Source: Azolla caroliniana (taxonomy: Eukaryota > Plantae > Polypodiophyta). From it: 64,000 bases of DNA. The stretch covers positions 3,348,001 to 3,412,000 of the forward strand of contig JBHGNT010000013.1 in NCBI GenBank assembly GCA_043228905.1, given 5' to 3'. Positions 12,203-21,456 of this stretch are shown here, piece by piece; the first letter of the stretch is position 1; each line of letters starts with the position of its first letter. The notes below the pieces were generated by a model. The model did no database searches. It saw only the letters and a program-made list of their open reading frames with translations, and had not been told where the DNA came from. A program made the translations under genes and the position numbers.

Positions 12203-12745
12203 ACTTATCTTAAGTGCTTTAAATATAGATTTAATATGTATAAGACCTTTATTTATGCATACCTTTATTAAAAGGTAAATCGTGTATTTTTTAATATATG
12301 AAAAAGACGAGACACTAAAAAATAACTCATGCACATCTAGCGTGCATGAGCCCTATACTTAGGAAATAAATAAAAAAAGCATCACATGCACATTTAGTGG
12401 ACATGAACACTTTTTGTAAAAAAAAAAGCATGAAGCCATGCTTAGCTCTTCCTTCCTTATATAAGGAGGAGAGAAATATGTAAAGGGTTGTTGATTATTT
12501 GGATTAGGAATTAATCAATACAAAAATTATTCGTGGGAATCACGATTTATACATCTACTTCTCTCTTAACACCCTAAGTACCAATTAATATAGTATGCTC
12601 GTGTGATTCACGAGTTTCTTATCTTTCTCTTTGCTAGTTACTCATAATTAATCTCTATCTCACGAACTTCTTTCTCCTAGTCCAAGACCTCTGTGGTTCC
12701 CACCCGACTCACGCAACGATTTGGAGCCGAAAGGCACGACACAGT

Positions 12746-12763
12746 TGGTGAACCCGACGTGAA
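12746..12763 (+). other. Primer binding site, tRNA-Trp (element C)
   Basis: TGGTGAACCCGACGTGAA is complementary to the plant tRNA-Trp 3' end as I recall it (TTCACGTCGGGTTCACCA); 4-nt spacer from the LTR. Confidence 0.85.
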
Positions 12764-12779
12764 GACGGGTGGCAAGGAG

Positions 12780-14819
12780 ATGGAGGCTCAACAAGCTAAC
12801 AATATGATGGCGATGTTCGAACGGATGCTTCAAGAACAACGCACGATGTCGGAGATTTCGGCATCAGTAGAGCGGCTCGTGCAACGCAACGGGCAATTTA
12901 ATGGTAAGGATGTGTCGCGATATTTGCAGGACTACAAGGCGGAGATGCTCCGGTGCCGAGCTTCGGAAGGACTGCAAGTGACATCCTTTAACCGGGTGGC
13001 GACCGACGGGCTTCAAGGGAGTATCCACGGGTTGCAACAACAAAATCCGACGTGGGAAGCATTCGAAGAGGCGTTAAAGACCACGTTTGCCATCGAGGAC
13101 TCCTCCAAGGCAACGCGGAGGGGATTCGAGGATTGGGTGGAAACGTCAGGTAAGGGGCTGAAGGTCCTCGAAGTGTTTTCGACATTCGAAAGTCGGTTCG
13201 GGAGGTTGTCCGCGAGAGATCAAACTATTCTTGCACCGGACAAAGTCATCATGTTTTTGCGAGCTGTGGACGTCCGGGACCGGAAAGATCTCGGAGTGCT
13301 TCTTGAGGACACGACCACTGAAAGCGGCCTCACCGAAACATGGGAAAGCGTGCGGGATATCGTCGCGCGGTACACGAAGAGGGGGCAATGGCTTGCCAAC
13401 GAAGAAAAGAGGGTTTCGGAACCGATTCCGAAACCGAGAACGGGATTGGAAGACCATCAACCGAGGGCTCGGGAGATTACGGCCGAGAAGGGAGTCGACG
13501 CGTCTACGGTGGAGCAGCTGCTGAAGGAGATGGAGAATCTAAAGATCGCGATGGTGAAGAAGTCGGATGACCGCCCCACAAGCTCCAAATATACGGATCG
13601 ACGGTGCATATGGTGCGATAGCGCCGAACACGATCGGAGGGATTGCGACGACCATAAGGAGGCGCTACGACGGGATCTCATCTACTACGAGGGAAACCGG
13701 ATTCATTCGATGGACTCTCGGAAGCCACTCCGACCGAACTTCCGGAAAGGTGGCATGAAGAAGGTGCTCGAGGAGGAGTTAGCGGCAAGAAGCAACTATG
13801 CGACAACCGCGGGAATATGTGTCGGGGAGTCAACGGGAGCGAAGGCGTCTTTCTGGCCGGAGGTGCTAGGAAACACCGAGAAAACCGACTCCAACGATAT
13901 CCGAAACACCGCGGAAGGCGTCCGGGAAGCTACGGGATGGGAGTGCCCTGTCGACAAGAATAGCATATACGCCCTGTGTCAATTACATGAGGTGTATGTG
14001 GACGAGAAACGACGGCGCACGGAGGATGCGGCCGGACCATCGAAGATACCGGAAAGCTGGAACTCCGGAGGTAAGGGAAAAGAAAAGGCGACTCCGGCAT
14101 TCAAGCTCGCCTCGGACATAGAACAACAAACCGACTTGAAAAGGGTGTTCGAGGAAAGAATCTTGGATAGCCGGGTAGATTTTTCGCTGCGGGAACTACT
14201 CGGAATAGCGAAGAAGGAGTTTCACGATCTTCTCGTGGATCTCGTGAAAAGGAAGAGACAAAGTACGGAGGAAAATGCTCCAAGGGTGAATGCAAATACC
14301 GTTTCAATGAACGACACCGAAGTGGAAGGCGAAATTCCGAACTCCCACTATACAAGGCCACACTGGGCACGTGCGACTACGGAGACTCCGGTCCGAATCG
14401 GCAACATCAAAGAACCCGTGCTAGCATTGATTGATCACGGATCGGAGATCAACTTGATGTCCAAGGAGTTCTACCGAAAGGGGAAGTGGCCTATAAACAC
14501 CAACCATGGATGGAAGATTCGGGCAGCCACGAAAACGACAGAAGACCTATTTGCGGCTTGTCCGGATGTGACGGTAAAGATCGGGGATGTCGAAATTGAC
14601 CAAAATTTCTTTGTGCAGGATGAGGTTTCACATTCTGTCATCCTCGGCCAACCCTTTATCACGGCTTCACGGATGGAGACGAAGGTGCTCGATAGTGGTG
14701 TGGCTTTTGCGCGAATTCGGAGCCAAAACGGAGGGAAATCCGTCCAATTCCTAACGGTGCCGGCAAATCACGAAAGGAACAAGAGGGAACTCTTGTCCCA
14801 AGTGAGAATGGATTTTTAA
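12780..14819 (+). CDS. gag: Gag-protease polyprotein (ORF1) of element C
   Basis: First ATG after the PBS; capsid-like FNGKDVSRYL; zinc knuckle CIWCDSAEHDRRDC; DUF4100-like segment (recalled, not searched); aspartic protease ALIDHGSEINLM...VILGQPF. Confidence 0.93.
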   Translation: MEAQQANNMMAMFERMLQEQRTMSEISASVERLVQRNGQFNGKDVSRYLQDYKAEMLRCRASEGLQVTSFNRVATDGLQGSIHGLQQQNPTWEAFEEALKTTFAIEDSSKATRRGFEDWVETSGKGLKVLEVFSTFESRFGRLSARDQTILAPDKVIMFLRAVDVRDRKDLGVLLEDTTTESGLTETWESVRDIVARYTKRGQWLANEEKRVSEPIPKPRTGLEDHQPRAREITAEKGVDASTVEQLLKEMENLKIAMVKKSDDRPTSSKYTDRRCIWCDSAEHDRRDCDDHKEALRRDLIYYEGNRIHSMDSRKPLRPNFRKGGMKKVLEEELAARSNYATTAGICVGESTGAKASFWPEVLGNTEKTDSNDIRNTAEGVREATGWECPVDKNSIYALCQLHEVYVDEKRRRTEDAAGPSKIPESWNSGGKGKEKATPAFKLASDIEQQTDLKRVFEERILDSRVDFSLRELLGIAKKEFHDLLVDLVKRKRQSTEENAPRVNANTVSMNDTEVEGEIPNSHYTRPHWARATTETPVRIGNIKEPVLALIDHGSEINLMSKEFYRKGKWPINTNHGWKIRAATKTTEDLFAACPDVTVKIGDVEIDQNFFVQDEVSHSVILGQPFITASRMETKVLDSGVAFARIRSQNGGKSVQFLTVPANHERNKRELLSQVRMDF

Positions 14820-14873
14820 AGCGGACTGTTGCGGAGTGGGGAAGTGATAGTCTGAGAAACCCTGATACCCCAC
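14810..14873 (+). promoter_or_regulatory. -1 ribosomal frameshift signal (G_GAU_UUU plus H-type pseudoknot)
   Basis: Heptamer 14810-14816 directly before the ORF1 stop; stem 1 14822-14832/14844-14854; stem 2 GTGGGG 14836-14841 / CCCCAC 14868-14873; the -1 frame is open into pol. Confidence 0.8.
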
Positions 14874-14953
14874 ACAGGAAGAAAACTCTCGGAGCAAAAC
14901 AAGTACGAATCGGCCCGGATGGGGCATCTACGTACACGGCCGTAACCGAAGGA

Positions 14954-17900
14954 ATGAAGAAACAATACCGACAAGTGGAGGATAAGTTACGGTCGGCATC
15001 AATAATAAAAGAAGATGAAGAAATCGTGGGAGTGATCGAGGAAGTGTTCTATGGGAATACACTACAACGGCTTGAAGAGCTTGCGGAAGATAAAAGCCAA
15101 GGGAACCGGGTAGTCCCGGTGGAATCGGTCGAGATGTACGAGATCGTTGCGAAAATGGGGCCGGATGCGCTCCGCAAAGAAGAAGCAATGGTAAGTACGA
15201 AATACAAGACCGTGGAGAAAAAGGTGAAACCGGCCGCGGGACCACTACCCGCCGATAGCGAACAAAAGAAGAAAGAAGTCTCGGGAGATCCGACACTTCG
15301 GAAGTCCGTGGATATCGGACATGCCTTCACAGATGAGACCCGGAAGAAACTTCGGATCGGTGGAGGTGGGTTCCTCTTACAAGAAGAAGAAAAACGGTTT
15401 CGAGAGATGTTGGAGCAACATGGCAAAGCATTCGCGTTCACATCGAGGGAGATCGGATGCATTGATCCAAAGATAGTGGAGCCGATGGTGATTTTCACGA
15501 TTGATCATGTACCGTGGAACCTGAAGCCGATTCCGGTGCCACGGGCGCATATTCCGAAAGTCATCGACTTACTCAAGGAGAAGGTGGCGATGGGGATTCT
15601 AGAGCCATCAATTGCTCCGTACTCAAATCGATGGTTTACGGTTCCGAAGAAGAATGGGTCACTCCGATTCATCCAAGACTTGCAACCGGTGAACAAGGTC
15701 ACGATCCGGAACTCGGGAGTCGGTCCGATAGTGGACGAATTCGCGGAAGCTTTTGTCGGACGTGCGATATACTCCATCGGGGACCTATACTCGGGGTATG
15801 ACCAATTCCAACTAGCCGTGGAGAGCCGAGACATCACTACCATGCGGACACCGATAGGACTAGTTCGAATGTGCACACTACCACAAGGAGCGACAAACTC
15901 GGTTGCACATATGATGAACGCGATGAACAAGGTGCTTCGAGATTGCATTCCGGAGATAACGATGCCGTTTCTAGATGACATTCCGATGAAAGGATGCGCG
16001 GTGGAAGAAAAAGATGAGACTATGGATGATCGGGGATGCCGAAAGTTCGTGGTCGACCATATTCATGATTGCGAGAAAGTGTTGCGAAACCTAGAAGATG
16101 TGCACCTAACACTTTCCGGGGAGAAATCGGCATTCGGGCAAGAAGAAATATTGGTGGTCGGACATCTATGTGGACCCTACGGCCGAAGACCGTCACCAAC
16201 AAAGATCGATGCGATTCAAGCTATGAAGGAAGTATGTGAGTCAACATCGGAAGTCCGAAGGTTTCTGGGTGCGTGTGCATTCTATCACATATGGATTCCG
16301 CACTATGCACATATAGCGGACCCGCTCTATCACTTGTTGCGGAAAGGTAAGAAATTCGAATGGAAACCGGAACACACTAAAGCCATGAGGAAGCTCAAGA
16401 AGACACTATGGAGGGCGGAATCACTTAAGAAGCCAAGCTACGAGCGGCCAATCATAGTAACGGTTGATACAAGTCCAACCGGTATCGGGTGGGTCATCAA
16501 TCAAGCCGACTCGGATGGTTCGCGGTATCCGATCCGATTTGGAGCAAAGGTCCTCAACGAAAGGCAACGCGGATATGCACAAGTCAAAAGAGAATTGTGG
16601 GGAGTCGTGTCGGCGATAAAATCGGATCGGGATTATTTGATCGGAGCTGAAGTGGTGATCGAGACGGATTGTCTTCCGATACTTGGGATGATGCGGTGTT
16701 GTACGATACCGGATGTGGCTATGCTAAGGTGGATTGCATATGTCAAGTCACTTAATCCGGAGGTTCGACACATCTCGGGGAAGGACAACGCGGTAGCGGA
16801 CATGTTATCGAGGGCGCAGTTTGAAGACGACATAACCGAATCAGATAATGAAGAAGTTTCCGAAGACTACTTCACGTCAGAACACATATGCCGAGTGAAC
16901 GTGATCCGAGAATTCCGGGAAGAAGAATACGAGGGGGAAACCTTGATGATCGGGAAGATGCTACAAGAGGTCGAGGATTCAACCAATGATAAAGAAAGGA
17001 GAGCCGAGATCCGAAGGAAGAAGAGGCAAGTCCAAAAGTTCTTCTTGGAAAACGGTTTAATATGGAGGACGCCGAAAAGACCGGATGGGATACCACTTCG
17101 AGTAGTCGGGACGAAAGAGCAACGAAACCGGATAATGTCCGAGTTCCACGAATCCGATTGGGCTGGACATCGAGGAACATGGGCAACTTTTGTGAAAATC
17201 AAGCAAAGATATTGGTGGAAGAACATGTATAAAGATGTCGCGGAGTTCACAGAAAGCTGCGAGAAATGTCAAGTCTACTCCGGGGTCCGACACCGAGATG
17301 AGCTGCATCCGACATTCTCACCGACAATCAACTTCAAGTGGATGGTCGACATTGTAGCTATGCCGACCGGGATTGGACAAAAGAAATACTTGGTGTTAGC
17401 TCGAGAAGATCTCACAAACCAAGTTGAAGGTCGAGCGCTTCGGAGGAAAACGTGTGCCGCGGTGTGCCAATTTCTTTTGGAAGAAGTGTTTTGTAGGTAC
17501 GGCTGCGTAGGACAAGTGATTGCGGACCGGGGAGAACTCGACTCGGACAAAGCTAGGGGATTCTTCGCCAAACATGGAGTTCGGTTAACGTTGACAACGG
17601 CCTACAATCCGGAGGCCAACGGGAAGATCGAACGAGGACATAGTCCGATCGTGAAAGCACTTGCGAAGGCATGCGACGGAAGGGTGAAGGATTGGCCACA
17701 AATGCTTCCGTATGCACTATGGGCGGATCGGACGACGCATAGCTCCGTGACCGGTTACATGCCGGCAGAACTCATGACCGGACAAGCACCGGTAATGCCA
17801 ACGGAAACCGCAATCGCAACATGGACAACACTACCGTGGAAGGAAGAGATGAGCCGGGAAGAACTACTAGCAGTCCGGATACGACAACTGGAGGGAAGAC

Positions 17901-18421
17901 CGAAAGATGTAGCGGAAGCGTCACGCCGACAACAAGAAGCACGGTTCCGGAACAAAAGCCGGTTCGACACAAAGCACCGACTACGACCGAGGAGGATTGA
18001 AGAAGGAGATTGGGTGATCGTCTATGATAGTAGCTTGGACCATCAACATACAACGATGCGGAAATTCGCGAAAAGGTGGTTCGGGCCGTACGAGGTTCGG
18101 AAGGTCTTCGACAACGGGACGTACCGACTGTCCGAGTTGGATGGAACAATACTACGAGTGCCTATAGCCGGGAAGCGGGTGAAGATTTTTAAGAAGCGGA
18201 CCGACGACAAACCTTATGTGATCCAAGTCGAGGCCGACAACGAGGAGCAATCGGACGAAGACCACAATGATGCGGGAAGCGAAGAAAGTGGATTACAACT
18301 CATAGTCGACATAAGGGGAGAATCGGAGGAAGCTTCGGATGAAGACGGATACGAAGAATCAAGAACTTCGGCACATACCGGAGGATGTGCGGGTTTGGAG
18401 GGGGCGAGTGTCGTAGTGTAG
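14954..18421 (+). CDS. pol: Pol ORF2 (RT-RNase H-integrase) of element C; frame is open from before 14810, so probably entered by frameshift
   Basis: PFLDD RT, VTVDTS RNase H, HHCC/DDE/GPY integrase, acidic tail, no chromodomain. The stop codon lies inside the 3' LTR. Confidence 0.95.
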   Translation: MKKQYRQVEDKLRSASIIKEDEEIVGVIEEVFYGNTLQRLEELAEDKSQGNRVVPVESVEMYEIVAKMGPDALRKEEAMVSTKYKTVEKKVKPAAGPLPADSEQKKKEVSGDPTLRKSVDIGHAFTDETRKKLRIGGGGFLLQEEEKRFREMLEQHGKAFAFTSREIGCIDPKIVEPMVIFTIDHVPWNLKPIPVPRAHIPKVIDLLKEKVAMGILEPSIAPYSNRWFTVPKKNGSLRFIQDLQPVNKVTIRNSGVGPIVDEFAEAFVGRAIYSIGDLYSGYDQFQLAVESRDITTMRTPIGLVRMCTLPQGATNSVAHMMNAMNKVLRDCIPEITMPFLDDIPMKGCAVEEKDETMDDRGCRKFVVDHIHDCEKVLRNLEDVHLTLSGEKSAFGQEEILVVGHLCGPYGRRPSPTKIDAIQAMKEVCESTSEVRRFLGACAFYHIWIPHYAHIADPLYHLLRKGKKFEWKPEHTKAMRKLKKTLWRAESLKKPSYERPIIVTVDTSPTGIGWVINQADSDGSRYPIRFGAKVLNERQRGYAQVKRELWGVVSAIKSDRDYLIGAEVVIETDCLPILGMMRCCTIPDVAMLRWIAYVKSLNPEVRHISGKDNAVADMLSRAQFEDDITESDNEEVSEDYFTSEHICRVNVIREFREEEYEGETLMIGKMLQEVEDSTNDKERRAEIRRKKRQVQKFFLENGLIWRTPKRPDGIPLRVVGTKEQRNRIMSEFHESDWAGHRGTWATFVKIKQRYWWKNMYKDVAEFTESCEKCQVYSGVRHRDELHPTFSPTINFKWMVDIVAMPTGIGQKKYLVLAREDLTNQVEGRALRRKTCAAVCQFLLEEVFCRYGCVGQVIADRGELDSDKARGFFAKHGVRLTLTTAYNPEANGKIERGHSPIVKALAKACDGRVKDWPQMLPYALWADRTTHSSVTGYMPAELMTGQAPVMPTETAIATWTTLPWKEEMSREELLAVRIRQLEGRPKDVAEASRRQQEARFRNKSRFDTKHRLRPRRIEEGDWVIVYDSSLDHQHTTMRKFAKRWFGPYEVRKVFDNGTYRLSELDGTILRVPIAGKRVKIFKKRTDDKPYVIQVEADNEEQSDEDHNDAGSEESGLQLIVDIRGESEEASDEDGYEESRTSAHTGGCAGLEGASVVV
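18391..18408 (+). other. PPT of element C
   Basis: GGGTTTGGAGGGGGCGAG abuts the 3' LTR. Confidence 0.75.
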
Positions 18422-19261
18422 GTTGCACACTATGTGGAAATTATATTTTTGTCCCTCCGGATAGAGAATGGAGTGCTCGGTGGGAACCGGAAGAAAACGG
18501 CATACCGGCAAGGAGGAAAACGGCATACCGGCAAGGAGGAAAACGGCATACCGGCAAGGAGGAAAAACGGCATACCGGCAAGGAGGAAAACGACATACCG
18601 GCAAGGAAGAGCCGGATAAAGAGACATAAATGTAAAAAGAAAGGAAATACTCACTACTGCGCAGGGCATGATTCGAACTCTGCACCTCCACGTTGACAAA
18701 CCCCAACCTTACCATTACATTAACTTATCTTAAGTGTTTTAAATATAGATTTAATACGTATAAGACCTTTATTTATGCATACCTTTATTAAAAGGTAAAT
18801 CGTGTATTTTTTAATATATGAAAAAGAAAAACACGAGACACTAAAAATAACTCATGCACATCTAGCGTGCATGAGCCCTATACTTAGGAAATAAAAAAGC
18901 ATCACATGCACATTTAGTGGACATGAACACTTTTTGTAAAAAAAAAAGCATGAAGCCATGCTTAGCTTTTCTTTCCTTATATAAGGAGGAGAGAAATATG
19001 TAAAGGGTTGTTGATTATTTGGATTAAGTATTAATCAATACAAAATTTATTCGTGGGATTCACGATTTATACATCTACTTCTCTCTTAACACCCTAAGTA
19101 CCAATTAATATAGTATACTCGTGTGATTCACGAGTTTCTTATCTTTCTCTTTGCTAGTTACTCATAATTAATCTCTATCTCACGAACTTCTTTCTCCTAG
19201 TCCAAGACCTCTGTGGTTCCCACCCGACTCACGCAACGATCCGGAGCCGAAAGGCACGACA
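18409..19261 (+). repeat. 3' LTR of element C (853 bp; five repeat units at about 18493-18610)
   Basis: Direct repeat of the 5' LTR. Confidence 0.96.
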
Positions 19262-19405
19262 CCGGTTTCGTCAAGCTTTTGCACGCTAACTTTTACAACT
19301 GGTGCGTAGACCGGGAGCGTAAACCGGGAGCGTAAACCGGGAGCGCAATGAGAGGCCCTACTGATGCGTAAACTGGGAGGCCTTTGGATAGATATTCCGT
19401 GAAGG

Positions 19406-19731
19406 AATATATTTTGGGAGTTCGTGTAGAGGCTCATTGATGAGCATTGAAGTACGTGTCAATACTTCTGTCAGTCCATATGGACTTCTATAAAAGTGCC
19501 CTCTGAGCACATCCTGTTACGGGCATGACCATATAATATCCCGTAGTATTCGGCCGAGTGATCGTCAAAATATATTTTGGGAGTTCGTGTAGAGGCTCAT
19601 TGATGAGCATTGAAGTACGTGTCAATACTTCTATCAGTCCATATGGACTTGTATAAAAGTGCCCTCTGAGCACATCCTGTTACGGGCATGACCATATAAT
19701 ATCCCGTAGTATTCGGCCGAGTGATCGTCAA
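19406..19731. repeat. 163-bp tandem duplication spanning an LTR-fragment/copia-RT junction
   Basis: AATATATTTTGGGAG...GATCGTCAAA occurs at 19406 and 19569. Confidence 0.85.
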
Positions 19732-21052
19732 AGAAATTAGGCTTCCGATAATATGTCGCAACCGTGTCGGGTCATACGCCTTTCCTGAATCTCGGCGAAG
19801 CTTGACGTTTCTGTCGAGAGGAGTTGAGATTTGGACATACAATCTGCCATCCCAAACTTGAAGAGCATACTCATCACGTAATGTCGTTGGCTGATTAGTA
19901 TGCCATCGGGGGTGTGGATTACTTCGATCCCTAGTGTAACGAAATGAAGGCAAGAGTGATTGCAATGCAGCGGAAAATGTGTGTGTGTGTGTGTGTGTGT
20001 GGCAACAGAGGGAGAGAGAGAGAGAGAGCTCTTGAGACAGAGATGGAAAAACTGTATATTAACCAAAATACATCAAAAATAAAACGTCCAACTCACTAAG
20101 TTACAATGCATTGTTTTATATACCAACTAAGCTAGGGCAAGTGGCCTTTTTACTATTTACAAAACTAGCCCAACATGTCCATGAGCTAGTGTTGAAACCT
20201 ATCTATGAGAAGTTGAGTTCGAGTCTAAACACGCCCCTTCGAACACAACTTCTATCTATCGAGAAGGTTGTTCGGTTTGTACTTCGACTTGTCTAGTCGG
20301 TTGTGTTGCGTACTCGCATACTCGATCAATTGCGTATTTCTTCCATGTCGTCGGTACCTATACTCCCCCTCAAGTTCGGCAATGTAGATGTCATGAGACC
20401 AAGGTCCGATGCAAATTGCCCAAGCTTGTCGATTCCTAAGGCCTTCATAAAGATATCAGCAACTTGGAGGTGCGTACTAGTAATGCACTTTGATACGTTT
20501 AGTCCATGCGTGGAATACGGGGTTCCACGCCAGGTAGATACTGCTCATGTTGTCGCAGTAGAGACGAATTGGATCCTTGCTGAGAACGCCCAGATCCTTT
20601 AGTATGCGTTTAAGCCATATAGCTTCGCATGCGGCGACTGCTACGCCCCTATATTTGGCTTCCATGCTCGACAGTGCGGCTGCCGCCTGTTTCTTGCTGC
20701 TCCAAGAGATTGCTCCGCTGCCGAGGGAGAAGACAAATACGGAGGTGGATCGTCTATCTGCTTTATAGCCTGCCCAGTTCGCGTCGGTGTACCCTTCAAG
20801 GCGAATAGTCGTGTTCGACTTATACATGATGCCGTAAGCCATTGTCGTACTGACATACCGTAGTATCCTCTTAGCACAATCAAGATGAAGTTTCTGTAGA
20901 TTCTGCATGAACTGGCTAAGTAGGTGTCAGTATCAATACTAAGACAGAGAAGGAATTAGTACTAAAAGATGAGGATTACTACTAAGAGAGATGTAGAACT
21001 CTCCAGAGAAGGAAAGAGTGAGCGAGAGAGAGAGAGAGAGAAAGGGTGAGAG

Positions 21053-21406
21053 GGTCAAGATTCGAACTCTTGACACGACCATGTTATAATCTAGTATTAT
21101 GAGTTAACCAAGATATCTAGTACATAGTTATGTATGTAATTGGTCCTTATTGTTTTGCTAGCATCATGTGCATAGTTGCTCCCTTGTAGTATTTACACTT
21201 GGCACATGCATGCATACCTACATGCTCTATTGTAGATTCACATGCATGCAACAAGTATGCATGCCATGTAGTATAAATAGAGGAGTTCACCTTGAAGGAA
21301 TTCGAGGTGAACAACACCAGTTATGGAGTCTTTCCTTTAATACTATCTTCTTTCTTGTCCATTTGGTTATCTTCTTGCTTGTCTCTTGAGCTTATGATCC
21401 GTGACA
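21053..21406 (+). repeat. 5' LTR of chromovirus Y
   Basis: (G)GTCAAGA...GTGACA; TATA at 21272; inverted copy at 26720-27073; followed by the self-priming PBS. Confidence 0.85.
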
Positions 21407-21408
21407 GT

Positions 21409-21419
21409 TTGTTCACCTT
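21409..21419 (+). other. Self-priming PBS of chromovirus Y
   Basis: TTGTTCACCTT is complementary to (A/G)AGGTGAACAA at 21304-21314, about 32 nt after TATA; no TGG tRNA-type PBS. Confidence 0.75.
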
Positions 21420-21456
21420 CCCATCCTCATAGCTCTCCCTCTCATAAGCCATAGCT

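Larger units (their letters stand above)
11842..12741 (+). repeat. 5' LTR of element C (900 bp)
   Basis: Direct repeat of 18409-19261; TATA (TATATAAG) near 12458. Confidence 0.96.
11842..19261 (+). mobile_element. Apparently intact Ty3/gypsy non-chromovirus element C (about 7.4 kb; Phygy-like by inference)
   Basis: Near-identical LTRs TGTCGT...ACGACA, TSD CCGG (11838-11841 and 19262-19265), tRNA-Trp PBS, two uninterrupted ORFs, PPT. Confidence 0.97.
3931..19297 (+). mobile_element. Decayed Ty1/copia host element B0 (RT 3931-4751, RH and 3' region 10408-11455, 3' LTR 11456-11841 plus 19266-19297)
   Basis: RYKARFVAKGY, KNAFLQG, LYVDD; GYTDANWASD|ASDCRSTSG is split by element B. RH motifs SSTEAEY and HARTKHIEVHYHF; PPT GAGCTTGAAGGGGAA; LTR TGTTG...TTTACA is split by element C. 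Confidence 0.85.

Noticed and set aside
12693-12779. N-terminal extension of Gag from a GTG start
   Set aside because: It lies within the LTR and PBS; ATG 12780 is the more plausible start.
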